A stretch of DNA of 63,964 nucleotides, the filler included, from Kipferlia bialata (lineage: Eukaryota), in assembly GCA_003568945.1 (NCBI GenBank). It is 3 parts of 3 records of this genome, joined end to end, with 100 filler letters (N's around TTAATTAATTAA, not from the genome) between each part and the next. Parts side by side here need not be neighbours in the genome. Positions count along the whole stretch, not along the records: positions 1 to 23,485 come from BDIP01000255.1; positions 23,586 to 47,025 come from BDIP01000257.1; 1 more part is not named here. The stretch is one strand, 5' to 3'. This document shows positions 14,610-28,069 of the stretch, one piece after another. Numbering within the stretch: position 1 is the stretch's first letter; every line of letters starts with the position of its first letter. Position numbers and translations under genes: made by a program. The notes beneath the pieces are model-generated. The model ran no database searches. It saw only the letters and a program-made list of their open reading frames with translations, and was not told the origin of the DNA.

Positions 14610-15138
14610 ATGTATGGAAGACGTTAGTTTCAGTCTTCCCAGCCGTATCACTCCATTGCTCGTCTTCTTACCCCAGAAGTGTCTCTGTTACTCATTCTGG
14701 CTATTGCCTGGCTGTCTACAGTCTCTGCCGAGCGCAGCCAATGGCACATCACACACCCAGACACCAGCGGTGAGTGATTAGGTGTGAGTCTTGAAAAGTC
14801 AAGATTCAGTATAGTGCTCATATACTCTTTGTTCGTGCTAATGCGTACCTTTCTGACCTCCTAATGCTACTATGATCTGACTCATCTAAAGTATGGACGC
14901 ATTATTCGGTTCGCTGTTACCACATTCACCTCTTATTCCCCAGGTACATTCACCAACACCCAATCAATATTCACCCCTTATTCTCCAGGTGCATTCACCA
15001 GTGTGGAGTACTCTACCATATTAACCTCTCACTTCAGGGTCATTCACCAGTGTGGAGTACAAGCCAGACATGCTGGATGTGTACAAGATACAGGTGCCCT
15101 CTCTTACGTCGTCAAAGCGTCTTGTGTATGATGCCAGT

Positions 15139-15171
<33 letters not shown>

Positions 15172-17157
15172 GTACAAGCCAGACATGCTGGATGTGTACA
15201 GGATACAGGTGCCCTCTCTCTCTCTCTCTCTCTCTCAACTCTTGGTATATCTCTGTGTACCCTGCAGTACACCTCTTCGTCCCACCCCCAGGTACCAGGT
15301 ATGACCAGTGTCCAGATAGACATCGAGGGGAGCATCGATGAGCACAGTGTGCAGGAGCAGGTTAGTAAACCTCCTGTACTTCGGAGTAATAGTGCCACAA
15401 TTCATATCTGAGTATCGTACTCACACACTCTCTCTCCATGTACTTTTCGTATCATGTGAGTCACATGATTCATGTGACTGTTGTGCTAACCGCTTTCACT
15501 GTGCACACTCTGTATATATCCCTGACCCCAGATAATTGTCTACGAGAACTCTGTGTGCACCGACACCAGTACATCGTATGGATCCCACATTAGGGTACGT
15601 GACATCCCTGCCTCTGATATGGAATAGCCATGTATTGATAGGCTTACACGTGAACAGAGTCCATCCGCCATTTGCCTCTCTCACTCCATTGTACCTGACC
15701 CCAGACCTACGACGGTGACTTCTCCGATGCGTTCAATGTCGACTACGACCTGACTGACAACAACTGTGTCATCATCACGTTCAAGGCAGCCACTACTGGT
15801 ACGTGGTCTGTATATATTCCACCCCAACACATAGAGATAGATTCACTAGCATCTTCACATACGTGGGATTAGTATAGTGGCACACTCATACTACATATGC
15901 CTCTCTCTCCTTCTAACCCCAGCTGGTACTGGACCGGACACCAGTGGGTTCAATGTACGCTACACTGCAGACACAGGTGATATAGTGTTCTGAGACTCTG
16001 TTGAATTCAGTATACAATATACATGAGTGACAGGAATATGCCTCCAGCAGCAATTACTCACCCAGCCTTAGACATCCAGACGCACACTCTTACCGACGCT
16101 AACGGGTCCTTCTCTCTCGAACGGTGAGTCCCATGGCTATGGTCTCACACACGATAGGCCAGGAGTATCTTGTCCTTACAATTTCCTTAGGTCCAATTAA
16201 TTCTCCATGTCTGACCCAGCTATGTGCCAAACCAGTTTGACACCTGGACCGTATGTCCTGAGGGGTCACCCACCCAGATACGCACAGTCTGCTCTGGTGA
16301 TGTGGACCCATCGGACGAGGTATGTGATGTTGCCCTTGGCTTCAGTACTTAACTGCAATGTACTCGTACACAACTGCTATATTCCTGACCTCACTCCAAC
16401 CACTCTCAGTAACAGTATATATGTACTTGACCTATCCCTGGAGTGCTTCCTCTCACCCTCCAGCTGCGTGTGTACCAGTTCCACTCAGACACCTCAGATG
16501 GGTATGGGGACATACAAGGAGTTGAGGAGACAGCCTCTGACGGTATAGATTTCACCCAGGTATATTAATCTACTGGTACGGTGGCTGCCGCAGTGCCGCA
16601 TTATGGTATATACAGGGTACCATGATTTCACACTGCACCACAGAGATATACCCTATTTACCTCTTCTCAATCATTCATACCTCTCACAACAGACACTCCA
16701 CTTCGCCTCAACCATCGTGCCCTGGAATTGCATCCAGGTATAGTAGAGTGATTATGCATCCTCACTTATCTCTGTTCCCATACCCCCTCGACGAGGGCCT
16801 CGTCCTCTCATTTACCCCAGTACACATTTGCCACTGGCTCTACTCTCAACAGGGACAGCGGAGACTTCACATGCACCTTCACCACTGTGGATACCACAGA
16901 CGGCACCCCATGGTGAGTATATGGCACGTATATGTGTGTATATATGTGAGCAGGTAGCTCTATATGTATCATTGATACATTGTTTCTTACTACTAACACA
17001 TAATTACTAATCTCACCCCAGGTGGGTCTGGGTCCTTGTGGCATTCGCTGTAGTCCTTGCCCTAGGGGCAGTTGGGTACTACATCTACCCCAAGTGGGAG
17101 AAGGGGCAGAAGACAAGTCAGCCCTTGATGGAGGGTGAGGCGTACCAAACAGTGTGA
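14610..17157 (+). CDS. Duplicate copy of the CUB-like membrane protein gene at 2805-5352
   Basis: Same sequence at offset +11805. Confidence 0.72.
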
Positions 17158-17404
17158 GTGGGTTGTGTATGAGTAGGATAGTGTGGTAAAAAGTTATACA
17201 GCAGTGATGTATAATACAACACACACCATATCTCATTCCCAAAATAGATAGCTGACACATTGTTCCAAAGTAAGAAGCGCTTGATGTTTGTTTTCAACGA
17301 TTCTCTTGTCCAATATCGCTGGTTGAGTGCTACAGCTCAATCAGTTCCACAAAAATGATGGTTAATGATTTATGATTAACAATGATCTATCTATATACTA
17401 CTGA

Positions 17405-20400
17405 TCACACCCTAGCATCACTGAGCCCACCAGAGACCATCTCTCCATACTTCATACCCTTGGTACGCCTCCTGAGATACACCTCCCTCCCAACAATGTA
17501 GATTGCACACACAACAAACAGGCCCCACCCTAGTATCTCACCAATGGGTGTAGGTGCATCGGGTACACGCTGGACATCCACTGTTGTAGACAGCAGTGGG
17601 TCACTACCTAGACCACCCCCTACGTACACTGAGAGGTTCACTGGACCTGGGGTCAGGACAGCACCGATATAGTATAGGTCGCGTGGCTGTATCACTGCAA
17701 TATTCTTGATATATATATGTATATATACATATTTACGTACCTGTCTCTGTCACTACGAATGAAGCAACGAAGAACCGAGCCTCAGGGTACAGTCTGTATG
17801 TAGCCCCACTGCCACCCACCGAGAGTACAACAGGGTCAAACACCTGCACGTATCCACCTGTCTCCACATCGTTGAGTGCAACGGAGACCTCAATGGTGTC
17901 TCCCATGATGGCAGAGGCAGGTGCTGATACGCTGGATGTGGCACTCAGGTGCAGGGTGTCAGACACTGCGTCGAGGCAGATGTAGATATCGCCAGAGACC
18001 TGAGGTGAGGTATTTGAGTAGTGCCTTGTTGCCGATGAATATGTAATTCACGTGTGTGTGTGTGTACATGACTCTCACCTCCTGGGCCGAGTCGAGTTCA
18101 GTGGCAACTACAGTGTACACACCCTCATCCAGAGGAGGAAGGGTGGCGTCATAGACCCCAGAGACAGTAGTGTCACCCTCTGTATAGCCTGTGTACACTG
18201 GGTAACCAACCGAGTCTGTGATAGTGACATGTACATCCAACCCTGCCATTGCAGACCCACAGGTATCGAGGATAGTGATAGACAGAGTGCTCTCCTCTCC
18301 ACCCTTTGCTCCTCCGTCGACACTGGATAGCTCACTGGATATGCTAGACACTACCTCGGAGTCACTGCTTGCCATCCACTGTCCGTTGATATAGACAGAG
18401 AGGGACTGGGTACCCACGGCAGATGGAGCAGTCAGCTCTACACTGTAGGTATAGGGGTCATCGTCGAGGGGTCCCATAAAGGTGACAGGATGAAGACCTG
18501 CACTGCCAAGGTCAGCATCACAGTCCCAATACACCTGCATGTCAATGATATTTGTAAATATAGCAATACACTGCTAAAGTGTAATAAATTTGGCATATGA
18601 TTAACGAGATACCGCATACTACTGCACCTGAAGGCTGTCTGTCATGTCACCCGTGTAGACATCACCATCCACATCCAGAAGGGTGAATGTTGCCGGTGTA
18701 GTAGAAGCACAGCGAGACATTGTTGTGGGCACAGCGAAGGAGTCCAGCTGTAGAGAGAGAGGTGCGGTCACAGCAACACCCTCATCTGTCCCTATGTACA
18801 CTGTCTCACCATCAGAGGAGAGGGCTAGGGAGGTAACATCACCTGGGGGGTTAGGTCCATCAGAAGCCATCCGTCAGTATTCTACTCTTACGGGTTGTAC
18901 CATACCTTCCCAATCTAGTAGCACTGGTATGTACTGGGGTATTCTGGTGTCCATGCGGTAGATAGAGACATAGTCACTCTTGGCATGACCGGCTACGGCT
19001 ATGGAATCACCTCCGATGGCAACCTGGGTCAGTATCAGTATCAATATCAGTCAGAAGAAATTGTTACATTTACATATATAATCGATATACATCTGTGCAT
19101 GTATCACATCGGATGGCAGCCTAGGGTCAGATGCCTTGAGAGACTGAAAAGAAAAGAACATGAGTATATATATACGCGCCAAAGAAGTGCAACTCCTCCA
19201 GTACCGACGGATGGCAAGAACCACATGTATTGAGAGAAAGTGGCAGTATTAGAGTGTACCTTCCACCCAAACTCCAGGGTCTCACTGGTCACTGGTCCGT
19301 GTGATATAGTGTTCTCACAGACAAAGAACCCCTCAGTGCGCCTGTATTCATGGACCAGACCCCCAGAAGTGGTACCAAGCACATCTGACTCGTACTCAGC
19401 AACAACTGAGGGTCAGAGATGGTATACAGCTATGTATGAAATATGAATTTAGTATATGTAACGTGGTGTCCATGAATATAGTACAGTATACCGCATCGAA
19501 CTTGTAATCAGTAGGAATATATATCCCTTGGTACCTAGCGTGTTTGGGTACCCTCCAATGGCCTCATCGAGTGATAGTGCGTTGCCGTATGATCCACGGC
19601 CATTGAAGCCGAGGGGGGTCGCTATGTACTGGGGTTGGTGTAGAAGGATAATCGAAACAACGAATGATACCATCCTCATCAAGCACAGTCTCCAAGTAAA
19701 TGTCATCTGCTCTCTATACACATGCATACCTGCATATACCCCCCGTCTGCACTGTACCAGTCTATCTATAGACTCACACTCTCTCTCTATATTCCGCATA
19801 TATATATATGTGTACTATAAGATACATACACTTCCTAACCTGCATATACCCTCCGTCTGCACTGTGCCAGTCTATCTATAGATTCTCTCCCTCTCTCTAT
19901 TATAATATATATATAACTATATATACATACACATACCTGCATGTAACCCCCGTCTGCACTGTACCAGTCTGCCACACTGGTGTCATAGATGACAACCTGG
20001 GGTTTAGGGGAAGAAAGACATAGAGACAGAAGATAGTAGTAGTGTGAATCTCTATACACTCATAGTAACTGGTGTCATAGATGACAACCTGGGGGTATGA
20101 ATAGGCATGTAAAGGAGAGAGATCGGGTATATGTACACATATACACTCACATAGTAACCAACGGTAGATGACAACATATGATAAGAGAGAGAGTTCTGGA
20201 GAGAGAGGGAGTGGGCATATGAGTCTGTATTCATATACACTCGCACAGACCCCGTAAATGTCGTGACAAGTACAGAGCAAGATAGTGCCAATTGGCTTGA
20301 AGTGGCGAGTATTCGGTATAGTAATCTTGAGAGCTTAGACTATACCTTGCTTCCGCCACTGGTAGGACTGCCATTGTAAGCTGTTCCTGCGTGAGAGATG

Positions 20401-22360
20401 GAGAGACAATAATGAATCATCATCATTATTATTATTAATGATAAATCTATCCATACTGACTTCATAAATATGTACAGGGAGAGCAGGATGATGCCGTAAC
20501 ACAACCAGCAAGCTCACGTATATGCAAGTAAACTCTCTACAACAACACCAGTCATATACACTCTCTACCTACGCATAGTATGTTGCCCTCGTATGCAAGC
20601 TTTCCAGCCCCCCAATACATGTTATTGGGGGTAGGTACCGCAACAGCTGCCCCCCAGTCACCGTCCTCATCCCTGACAGACACATACAGACCTGGGGTTA
20701 AAACAGATTCAGTAGAAAAGATGATAACTCACAAAATGAGTGTAACTGTGTGTGCAGGACGTCATAACAAGATCGTCATCTGAGTACAGTACAACACAGG
20801 TGAATGCATATCTGTGTGGATACATATGGTTTGTATACCTGTCCGTGAAGACACCACTAGATAGTCATCAGACAGCACAGTGTAATACAGATGAATGTAT
20901 ATATATATATATACAGTATGATGTATGATATGCACACCTGTCCTTGACGACACCACTAGATAGTCATCAGAGAGAGCAACCTCCTGGCCAAAGTACACGT
21001 CAGTCTCCTGGGGTGTGAAAGAGACAGAGTGTCATTGTGACAGGGTGAGAGAGAGATACTATGTGTGAGGGTGTACCTCTGGCATGCGTATGTGCCCCTC
21101 CCTCTCCCACTCATCGTGGGTGTTGAGGCTGTACACATAGACCGCACCCTGGTCAGGGACGTCATTGACAGCCTGGGGGTTAGTCTCCTAGAGTGATAGA
21201 TAAAACTACTATATACAGGTCAACATATCCGTGTGTGTCAGTACCTCCTTGGTGCATCCCACTGCAATGGAGTCACCGTGCACGGCCACACTCACACCTG
21301 GGGGTCAATACATACATATATACCATAATCACCATAGAGAGGTGTCACTCCATACTAGATAGTAATTAAATGGTAGCACAACATGGTAGAGTAATGTATA
21401 TATCACTGAGCTGAAACGTCACCGTGCACGGCCACACTCACACCTGGGGGTCACTCAGTAATGCATTGTGAGTATCAACAAAATATTGAATATGTAACTG
21501 TGGTCTTAAATATTAAATAGATTTGAGTGTAACATCAGGAGTCTCTCTATGGCAGAGGAGACATATTGGAGTACATAACTAGTCCCTACAGAACTACAGG
21601 TACCAAATACAATCTAATGTATTCTACACTTACAATGAATATGTATATATGCTTACCGAAGAGCAGGTGCCCATCCGATGTGGGTGTGCTAGCGGGTGGG
21701 GTGAGTATGGTGTGCTCTACCCACCCTGAGACAGCTGTGTCACTGCTGGCATACACTGCCACTGGGGGTGAGACATAGATACACACTGTCAAATGGTATA
21801 TGTATCTGTGTATATGATATACACACATGTAGTCTCTCGGGATATACTGCAACTGGGGGTGAGATATTCACAATCTCCTGCATAATCACTAATACAGTAT
21901 AGTCATGTGAGGATTACATATTGACTCACCTGCCCCCCCTGTACAACAAACATAGTAGGAGTATATATGAGGATGACCCGCCTGCCCCTGTGTACAAGTC
22001 CAGTGTGGTATATATCACACTATGTAACACTATACATATAACATAGTATGAGATACACAAGAGGGAGATTAAACACTGATACTGACCCACCTGCCCCCCT
22101 GTACTCGTCCTGCCCCACACAGCCAGTGACTAGCCAGCTGGAGGGTAAGAGAGAGACAGGGGGAACACAGAAGATTGAGAGGGAGATAGTGCATGGGGGA
22201 GGGGGGGGGGTTGTTGGCTTGTGTATGGAAAGACGTGAGTATATAGAGTGCATATACCATAGTTAGTAGAGATACATGTACACACTATGGGTATACTATG
22301 CATATACCTGTCTCACACTGCCAGTGCAAACCCACACAGAAATAGTAGAAAGAAAGAGAT

Positions 22361-22398
<38 letters not shown>

Positions 22399-22550
22399 TA
22401 CCTGTCTGACACTGCCAGTGCATACCCACACTTCATACCATGGAGACCATGGATAGCAGAATCAGCATATCAATACATATGTACATGTACACATTATGAA
22501 ATATACTATACATATACCTGTCTCACACTGCCAGTGCAAACCCACACAGA

Positions 22551-22582
<32 letters not shown>

Positions 22583-23050
22583 GTGGTACCTGTCTGAGAC
22601 TGCGAGTGCATACCCACACTGAGTACTAGTACCATGTATATGATTATATTCACGTATATACATACTAAACAGTACACACTATGTATATACCTATCTGACA
22701 CTGCCAGTGCATACCCGCACTGTGCAGAGGAGTCAGAGTCAGGGAGGGTGGGGGAGAGCAGGCCTGGATGAGCAGAGGAGAGAAAGAGAATATATATAGT
22801 ACTTAGCCATTCAGGTAAGTGGTGGGAGAGGGACACACACACAGATACATGTACTGGGTAGGGGAGAGGATGTCTGAGATGAGCAGGGGATGTATGTCTG
22901 TGTATGTGTGTGTATATACATATTTGCATAATGTATATCAATGGAAGAGAGAGAGAGAGAGGCTCATATATTAGGTAGACTTCAGATCTAACATACCTAT
23001 GTCGTCCCATGTGGTGACCATGGATGCATGGGCACTGCACAGAAGGCATA
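17405..23050 (-). CDS. Duplicate copy of the FG-GAP/Ig-like surface protein gene
   Basis: Same sequence at offset +11805. Confidence 0.72.
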
Positions 23051-23485
23051 CTGCGGAGTCAGTGTGGGGAGCGAGGGATGGCGAAACACGAGGGGGTGAC
23101 GGTGCGCAGTGGCCGGGTGGGGCGTGCGGGGAGGCCAAATGTCTGATTGCCAGGGGTATCCTAATATCACCCAATGACCAATATACTTGGTCAGAATACT
23201 TTTGGACTTTTGTGATTTTCAACTAAATTTTTTGAATCCTATCCAAGATGAAATCACTTTTGTTAGAGGAGACTTGATGATTTTTCACATTCCTCTCAAT
23301 CGACCATATTACACCTTTCTACTGTACATATGTCCTCTGGGGCCCACGGCATGGTTAGATTCGACACCCTTTAGGGTGGAGAATGCCCGGAAAACCATGG
23401 TAACAGGCTCGGAAATACACCATCTACATAGGTGTATGCTTGAATAATCAGGTGGACTACTCTGGCGATCAGACATTTAGCTGAG

Positions 23486-23585
23486 NNNNNNNNNNNNNNN
23501 NNNNNNNNNNNNNNNNNNNNNNNNNNNNNTTAATTAATTAANNNNNNNNNNNNNNNNNNNNNNNNNNNNNNNNNNNNNNNNNNNN
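23486..23585. other. Artificial contig-joining spacer (N44-TTAATTAATTAA-N44)
   Basis: Six-frame stop linker flanked by N; the same linker recurs at 47026-47125. Confidence 0.97.

Positions 23586-23628
<43 letters not shown>
23586..23628. repeat. poly-G tract at contig start
   Basis: About 43 consecutive G. Confidence 0.95.
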
Positions 23629-23629
<1 letters not shown>

Positions 23630-24195
23630 GAAGGAGAGAGGGCAGGGTCACCAGATTAGGACGTCTGAACTATTAGAGCAGATAATTGATCTATATACAA
23701 CATATATCATTGTAGTACTGGGAGGAGCCATTGTTGAAAGTGTCTGAAACACAGAAGACACCGACATAAGAGAACAGACAAGGAACAATAGGCGAGCCAT
23801 AGTGGCTGCCTACTTACTATAACATAGTAAGTACATTAATTAGTACCTGCCAACAGTGTCGTTGACCTTTAAAGACGAGTGGCTGGTCACTGCGAAGTCA
23901 CTGTGGCCGCCACAGTGTGGCGATGGAAAAGGGGGCAAAGTAAGAAACATAAGTGAGCAAGTGGCACTGAACACAGTACTCTCTAATCAAAGACTGTGTT
24001 TTGGCTCAAAACTAAAGCAGTCAGAAGGTACCCTGCCGTTGGAAGCCTGGAGGTATGTACATATACCGAACACATGAAACGACGTTTACATTTAGGAGTG
24101 ATGTGTTCAGTATCATTTGTATCTAGTCTCTGGCAAAACAACTGACTCATGCTTCCCCTCTAACCCATAACCCATATTAGTAGTATAATATATAC

Positions 24196-25573
24196 ATGAG
24201 TGATAAGACTCCATATTGGTGTATGTAGAGGACGCTGTCTAGAAATACATACCCCCCCCCCCCCCCCCCCCCCCACACCCACATTTCCTCATCCTAGGCT
24301 ACCTCCCCAGAGGGTCTCCCACTCGGGCACTCATTCCTTAATGGAAAGAGAGACCAATCTCATGCCTGGTTTCATGTGGGACACTACGGCTCTCCAACTT
24401 GCCCCCCACCAGTTTCTGAAGAAGTGTGTCAGTGTTGCTACTAACTGCCTGCTGTGTGAGCTGACGACACACGACTTCAACGAGACTAATACAGAGAAGG
24501 GAAGGCACATTGAGTTTGTTTTCCTCACACGTGCCGATGGTGACAGTCCGCTACACATAGTACGGGATCCTATGCTCAGGCCGCCCCCTACTCATAGCAC
24601 ACTGTTCGGGTACACCCTCACTAACGTGGATGGGTGTGTGTACGTCTTTGGTGGGACTCATGACCACACTTTACACACCAGCGACCTCCACATACTCCAC
24701 TTAGATACACTGGAGTGGGAGACACTGCGGGACCCCAGCGTTAGAGAGAGAGATACTAGCTTCACAGAGAGGCACACTCCAAGAGCCCCTGATGCTAATC
24801 GCAGCCTGCTGTATAGGGTGAAGAGGAAACTAGGGCTTATCAGACCTGATGGGGACAGTGTGAGCCCCAGTACTAACTACATCCCCATTATAGACTGCGG
24901 GAGTGACACTCCGGGTGTCGGTGTGGTGTGGCCGTCTCCCAGAAGGCAACACCTTGTGGCACCAGGACACCACTCTCTCTCCCTTCTTGGGGCCATGAAT
25001 CACACCTTGCCCAAGTGGCATCCCGAGTACTCGCCCACCGTCAAGGGTGACTACACATTCGACACTGAGGACAGAGTATGGGCACGGCTGGACAGAAGTA
25101 CCAGTGGGAGAGATGATGCACTCTATCAGGTGGTATCAGTACCAGATGGACCTCTCTTCTTGTTTAACAGGTCTGGAGTGTCCACCTATGCTGGAGATTG
25201 CTGCCAACAGGCCCCATTCACACTGGGACGCGATATTTCGGCGGAGGTGAGCATTCTATTAGTGGCATTATTATATATATTTTTCTGGTGCAACATGCAG
25301 CGTATTCTACCAACACTGACCCAGGTCTTCGGCCGCCACCTAGTGTGCCTGGCATCAAAGTGCCACCGTATATATGCTCTGGACACAGTATCTGGTGAAT
25401 GGCACGATTGGGGGGTACTCCCGATAGAGCGAATGCAATTCACCACCCCTGCCCTGTACAAACTAGATGATACCACAGCAATTGTGGTCTATCCGGTGAA
25501 AGAGAGGCGTGAGGAGTCATCGTATGTTACCACCTCTATTGCCCTGCTGGAGATACCTCCCGGTCTGATATAG
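24196..25573 (+). CDS. Kelch-like beta-propeller protein
   Basis: Kelch motif TLTNVDGCVYVFGG...SDLHILHLDTLEWETL and family motif YALDTVSGEW. Probable short first exon from ATG 24196; in-frame intron ~25247-25324 (gtgagc...ctgacccag). Confidence 0.75.
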
Positions 25574-26032
25574 CCAGAGGACGGATCAGTGGCCTAGTGA
25601 TTTATTGCGTAGAGCACACCGAGTGACTCGACCAGCCTTAAAGGGTTTCTCTGTCACTTACTGGTTCCGACTGTCCACCAGAGTGAGTCCGGGACTCCAG
25701 TCTCAGGTCACCAACTAGAGAAAGGTTCACCACATGTCACATATCATTCAAACAACGGGTGTGACCACATTATTGTGTATCGCCAGTCAAGAGAGAGATT
25801 GAGAAGTAGGAGACGTATTACAGTCTTCAATACAACCAGACACACAGCATAGGCAACACTATCCAGATTAGTCACATGTCGACAATTCTAATATATTGTC
25901 TGTATAATAGACTCTGTCTATTTTTGGTTCCATAGAGAGAAGTAGTATCGCCGAAAGAAGTGAACTTTCACGTTGAGTCAAGATAGTGACTCACTGGGAG
26001 TCCCTATCTTGACTCCCAGACTGGGGAGTCTC

Positions 26033-27895
26033 TCACATGGCCACTCTGGCACTCTCTGACCCCAGTGCCACCCTGTCCAGAGAGGCACCCAGAGGCACCG
26101 AGTGGTTCTCTGACACCCTCAGCGTGTACTGCTGTGTGGCACTGTCAAACACTACAGCCATGGCAACAGGTGTTCCAATCAGAAGAGGGGTGGCGTCACT
26201 GGCCTCCACCCAGGCCTCGTCCGCTTCCACCCTGTACTCGATGACAGCCAGTACATTGACAAGTACCTTGAAGCGCACCATGGGTACTGAGTCTACAGTG
26301 GCCACTGTAGGATAGACGTCAGGGTCTGTTGAGAGGCACACTGCGCCAAAGAGCTGGGTCTCCCCACTGGGTACAGTAGGCTGCACTGATGAAGGAAGGC
26401 AGGAGTACATGGTCCTGATATCACTCAGGTACTGATTGGAGAGCCTCACGGTGACACTGGGGTTGCGGATGTCGTCGTGGAAGATGTACTCAACAGGTAG
26501 CATGTACTGGGGGCCAGGCACTCCGAGCTTCTCAGCCAGACCGTTCAGACCCGCTGTGAATCCAGGCTGGTTGATATGATCGTTGGTCAGCACCACCTCC
26601 CTGCCCTCACAGCTGAGGAACACTCTGTTGAGGTTCCTGGCCAATGGCCTTCTGCGCCTGGTTCTCTTGATCTTGATGACCTTGTCACCGTAGGCAAAGG
26701 CCCCCTCCCCCACCGACCTCCTGCTAATCCTAGAGCACCCCACCAGCACCAGACCAACACCCCCAATGGCAAGGCTGGGACCAAGGAAGGCCAGCTGCCC
26801 AGCGCCAAAGGACAGAGTCGCAGTGCAACCAGTACCAGTGAGGACAGCACCCGTGTCGAACACTAGGTTCCTGAAGGACTTGTCGGCTCTGCTGTTGAAG
26901 CGACCTGCTACCTCATGACCCCAGTTGGGGGAGCGGCGGTTGAGGTCCTCCACTATGCGACGTGCACCTGTGGGAGGAACGGTGATAGGGGATATCACAG
27001 GAGGATGGGCGGCAAAGGAAGACACGTCGAGCACCTGGGGTCCGGTGCCCTCGGACTCGTAGGTGAAGGGGGCAGGGTACTCACCGACCACAGCTGCCAG
27101 TCCCTCTATGGAAGAGGGTACACTCGAGAACCCCCCGACTGATGCCTGGTAGAGAGTGTCCATCCGTGTCTGTATAGCCACCTGGTCCAGAGGTCCAGGC
27201 CTCTCCATCAGATGTGTCAGATCGTCTATGAGGGCCGTGGTTGTCTCCCCACCGACAGCCACACTAGGGGTGCCTAGGAAGAGAGCATAGGCACCAGCAC
27301 CAACACCCACAGGGGCTGTGACCGGGTTCGAGTAGGCGACAACTGCACCGATGAGAGCGAGGCCATATGCTGCTCTCCTGTGGTTGAGGCTCCACTTGTG
27401 CTCAAGGGCGAAGGTGCCGTCTGCGTTGGCGATGGCTGTCAACTCGTAGTCCACACAGAAGCACGATGCGGTGTTGATGGCGTACTGCTTGTACCAGGGG
27501 AGAGAGGCAGTGACGTTGATAGAGACAGGGCCGGTGGTGTCCGTGGGGATGTACTCCTCGAGAGAGGGTACCACAGAGGTCTGAGTGACATAGGCCCTGT
27601 TGGTGTCACTGTCGTACCCAGCTGCTGTACCAATGCACCCATCAGGTGTATATATACCAACCTCCACGCCGTGCCCCACCTTGTAGTAGACGTCTCCCAG
27701 CATACAGTTGCTGGATGTGGTGACTGTGCCATCGGTGTCACCCGACAGTGTCTGGTTGTACAGACCCTGGGAGAGAGACAGGTTCCAGTGCAGCGGGGAT
27801 GTCATTACCGTGTGGGTAGAGAAGAGTTCGGGCCAAAGTTGACATCGTGTGAATACACGATATTTGAAGGCCTCAAAGTGGATGCCATCAAACAA
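26033..27895 (-). CDS. Intronless hypothetical protein (~590-620 aa) with two Gly/Ala-rich hydrophobic hairpins
   Basis: 620-codon uninterrupted ORF with coding-like composition. Start may be the ATG of MTSPLHW. No family recognised with confidence. Confidence 0.7.
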   Translation of the reverse strand: MFDGIHFEAFKYRVFTRCQLWPELFSTHTVMTSPLHWNLSLSQGLYNQTLSGDTDGTVTTSSNCMLGDVYYKVGHGVEVGIYTPDGCIGTAAGYDSDTNRAYVTQTSVVPSLEEYIPTDTTGPVSINVTASLPWYKQYAINTASCFCVDYELTAIANADGTFALEHKWSLNHRRAAYGLALIGAVVAYSNPVTAPVGVGAGAYALFLGTPSVAVGGETTTALIDDLTHLMERPGPLDQVAIQTRMDTLYQASVGGFSSVPSSIEGLAAVVGEYPAPFTYESEGTGPQVLDVSSFAAHPPVISPITVPPTGARRIVEDLNRRSPNWGHEVAGRFNSRADKSFRNLVFDTGAVLTGTGCTATLSFGAGQLAFLGPSLAIGGVGLVLVGCSRISRRSVGEGAFAYGDKVIKIKRTRRRRPLARNLNRVFLSCEGREVVLTNDHINQPGFTAGLNGLAEKLGVPGPQYMLPVEYIFHDDIRNPSVTVRLSNQYLSDIRTMYSCLPSSVQPTVPSGETQLFGAVCLSTDPDVYPTVATVDSVPMVRFKVLVNVLAVIEYRVEADEAWVEASDATPLLIGTPVAMAVVFDSATQQYTLRVSENHSVPLGASLDRVALGSESARVAM

Positions 27896-28069
27896 TGTAA
27901 CTCAAGACTGTAACCACTATCCCCGAGGACTGGAGATCTGTTGTCAACTGCAGACCCAAGAGTGGCAAGGGTACTTCCAAAAAGTAGTTGGTGTCAGTGC
28001 ATGTCTACCCCTTCTTCCTCTATCCACACCTGCCAAGGGTCCCATTCTAATAACAAACTGAAGCACAGC

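Larger units (their letters stand above)
11806..23485. repeat. Copy 2 of the 11.7 kb direct duplication
   Basis: Starts ttctctctccctttctcc like position 1 and ends ...tttagctgag like position 11680. Confidence 0.97.

Noticed and set aside
23530..23541. TTAATTAATTAA palindrome (also 47070-47081)
   Set aside because: Artificial six-frame-stop linker embedded in N runs.
23650..23800. Minus-strand signal-peptide-like ORF (MARLLFLVCSLM...)
   Set aside because: About 50 codons at a contig edge with no further support.
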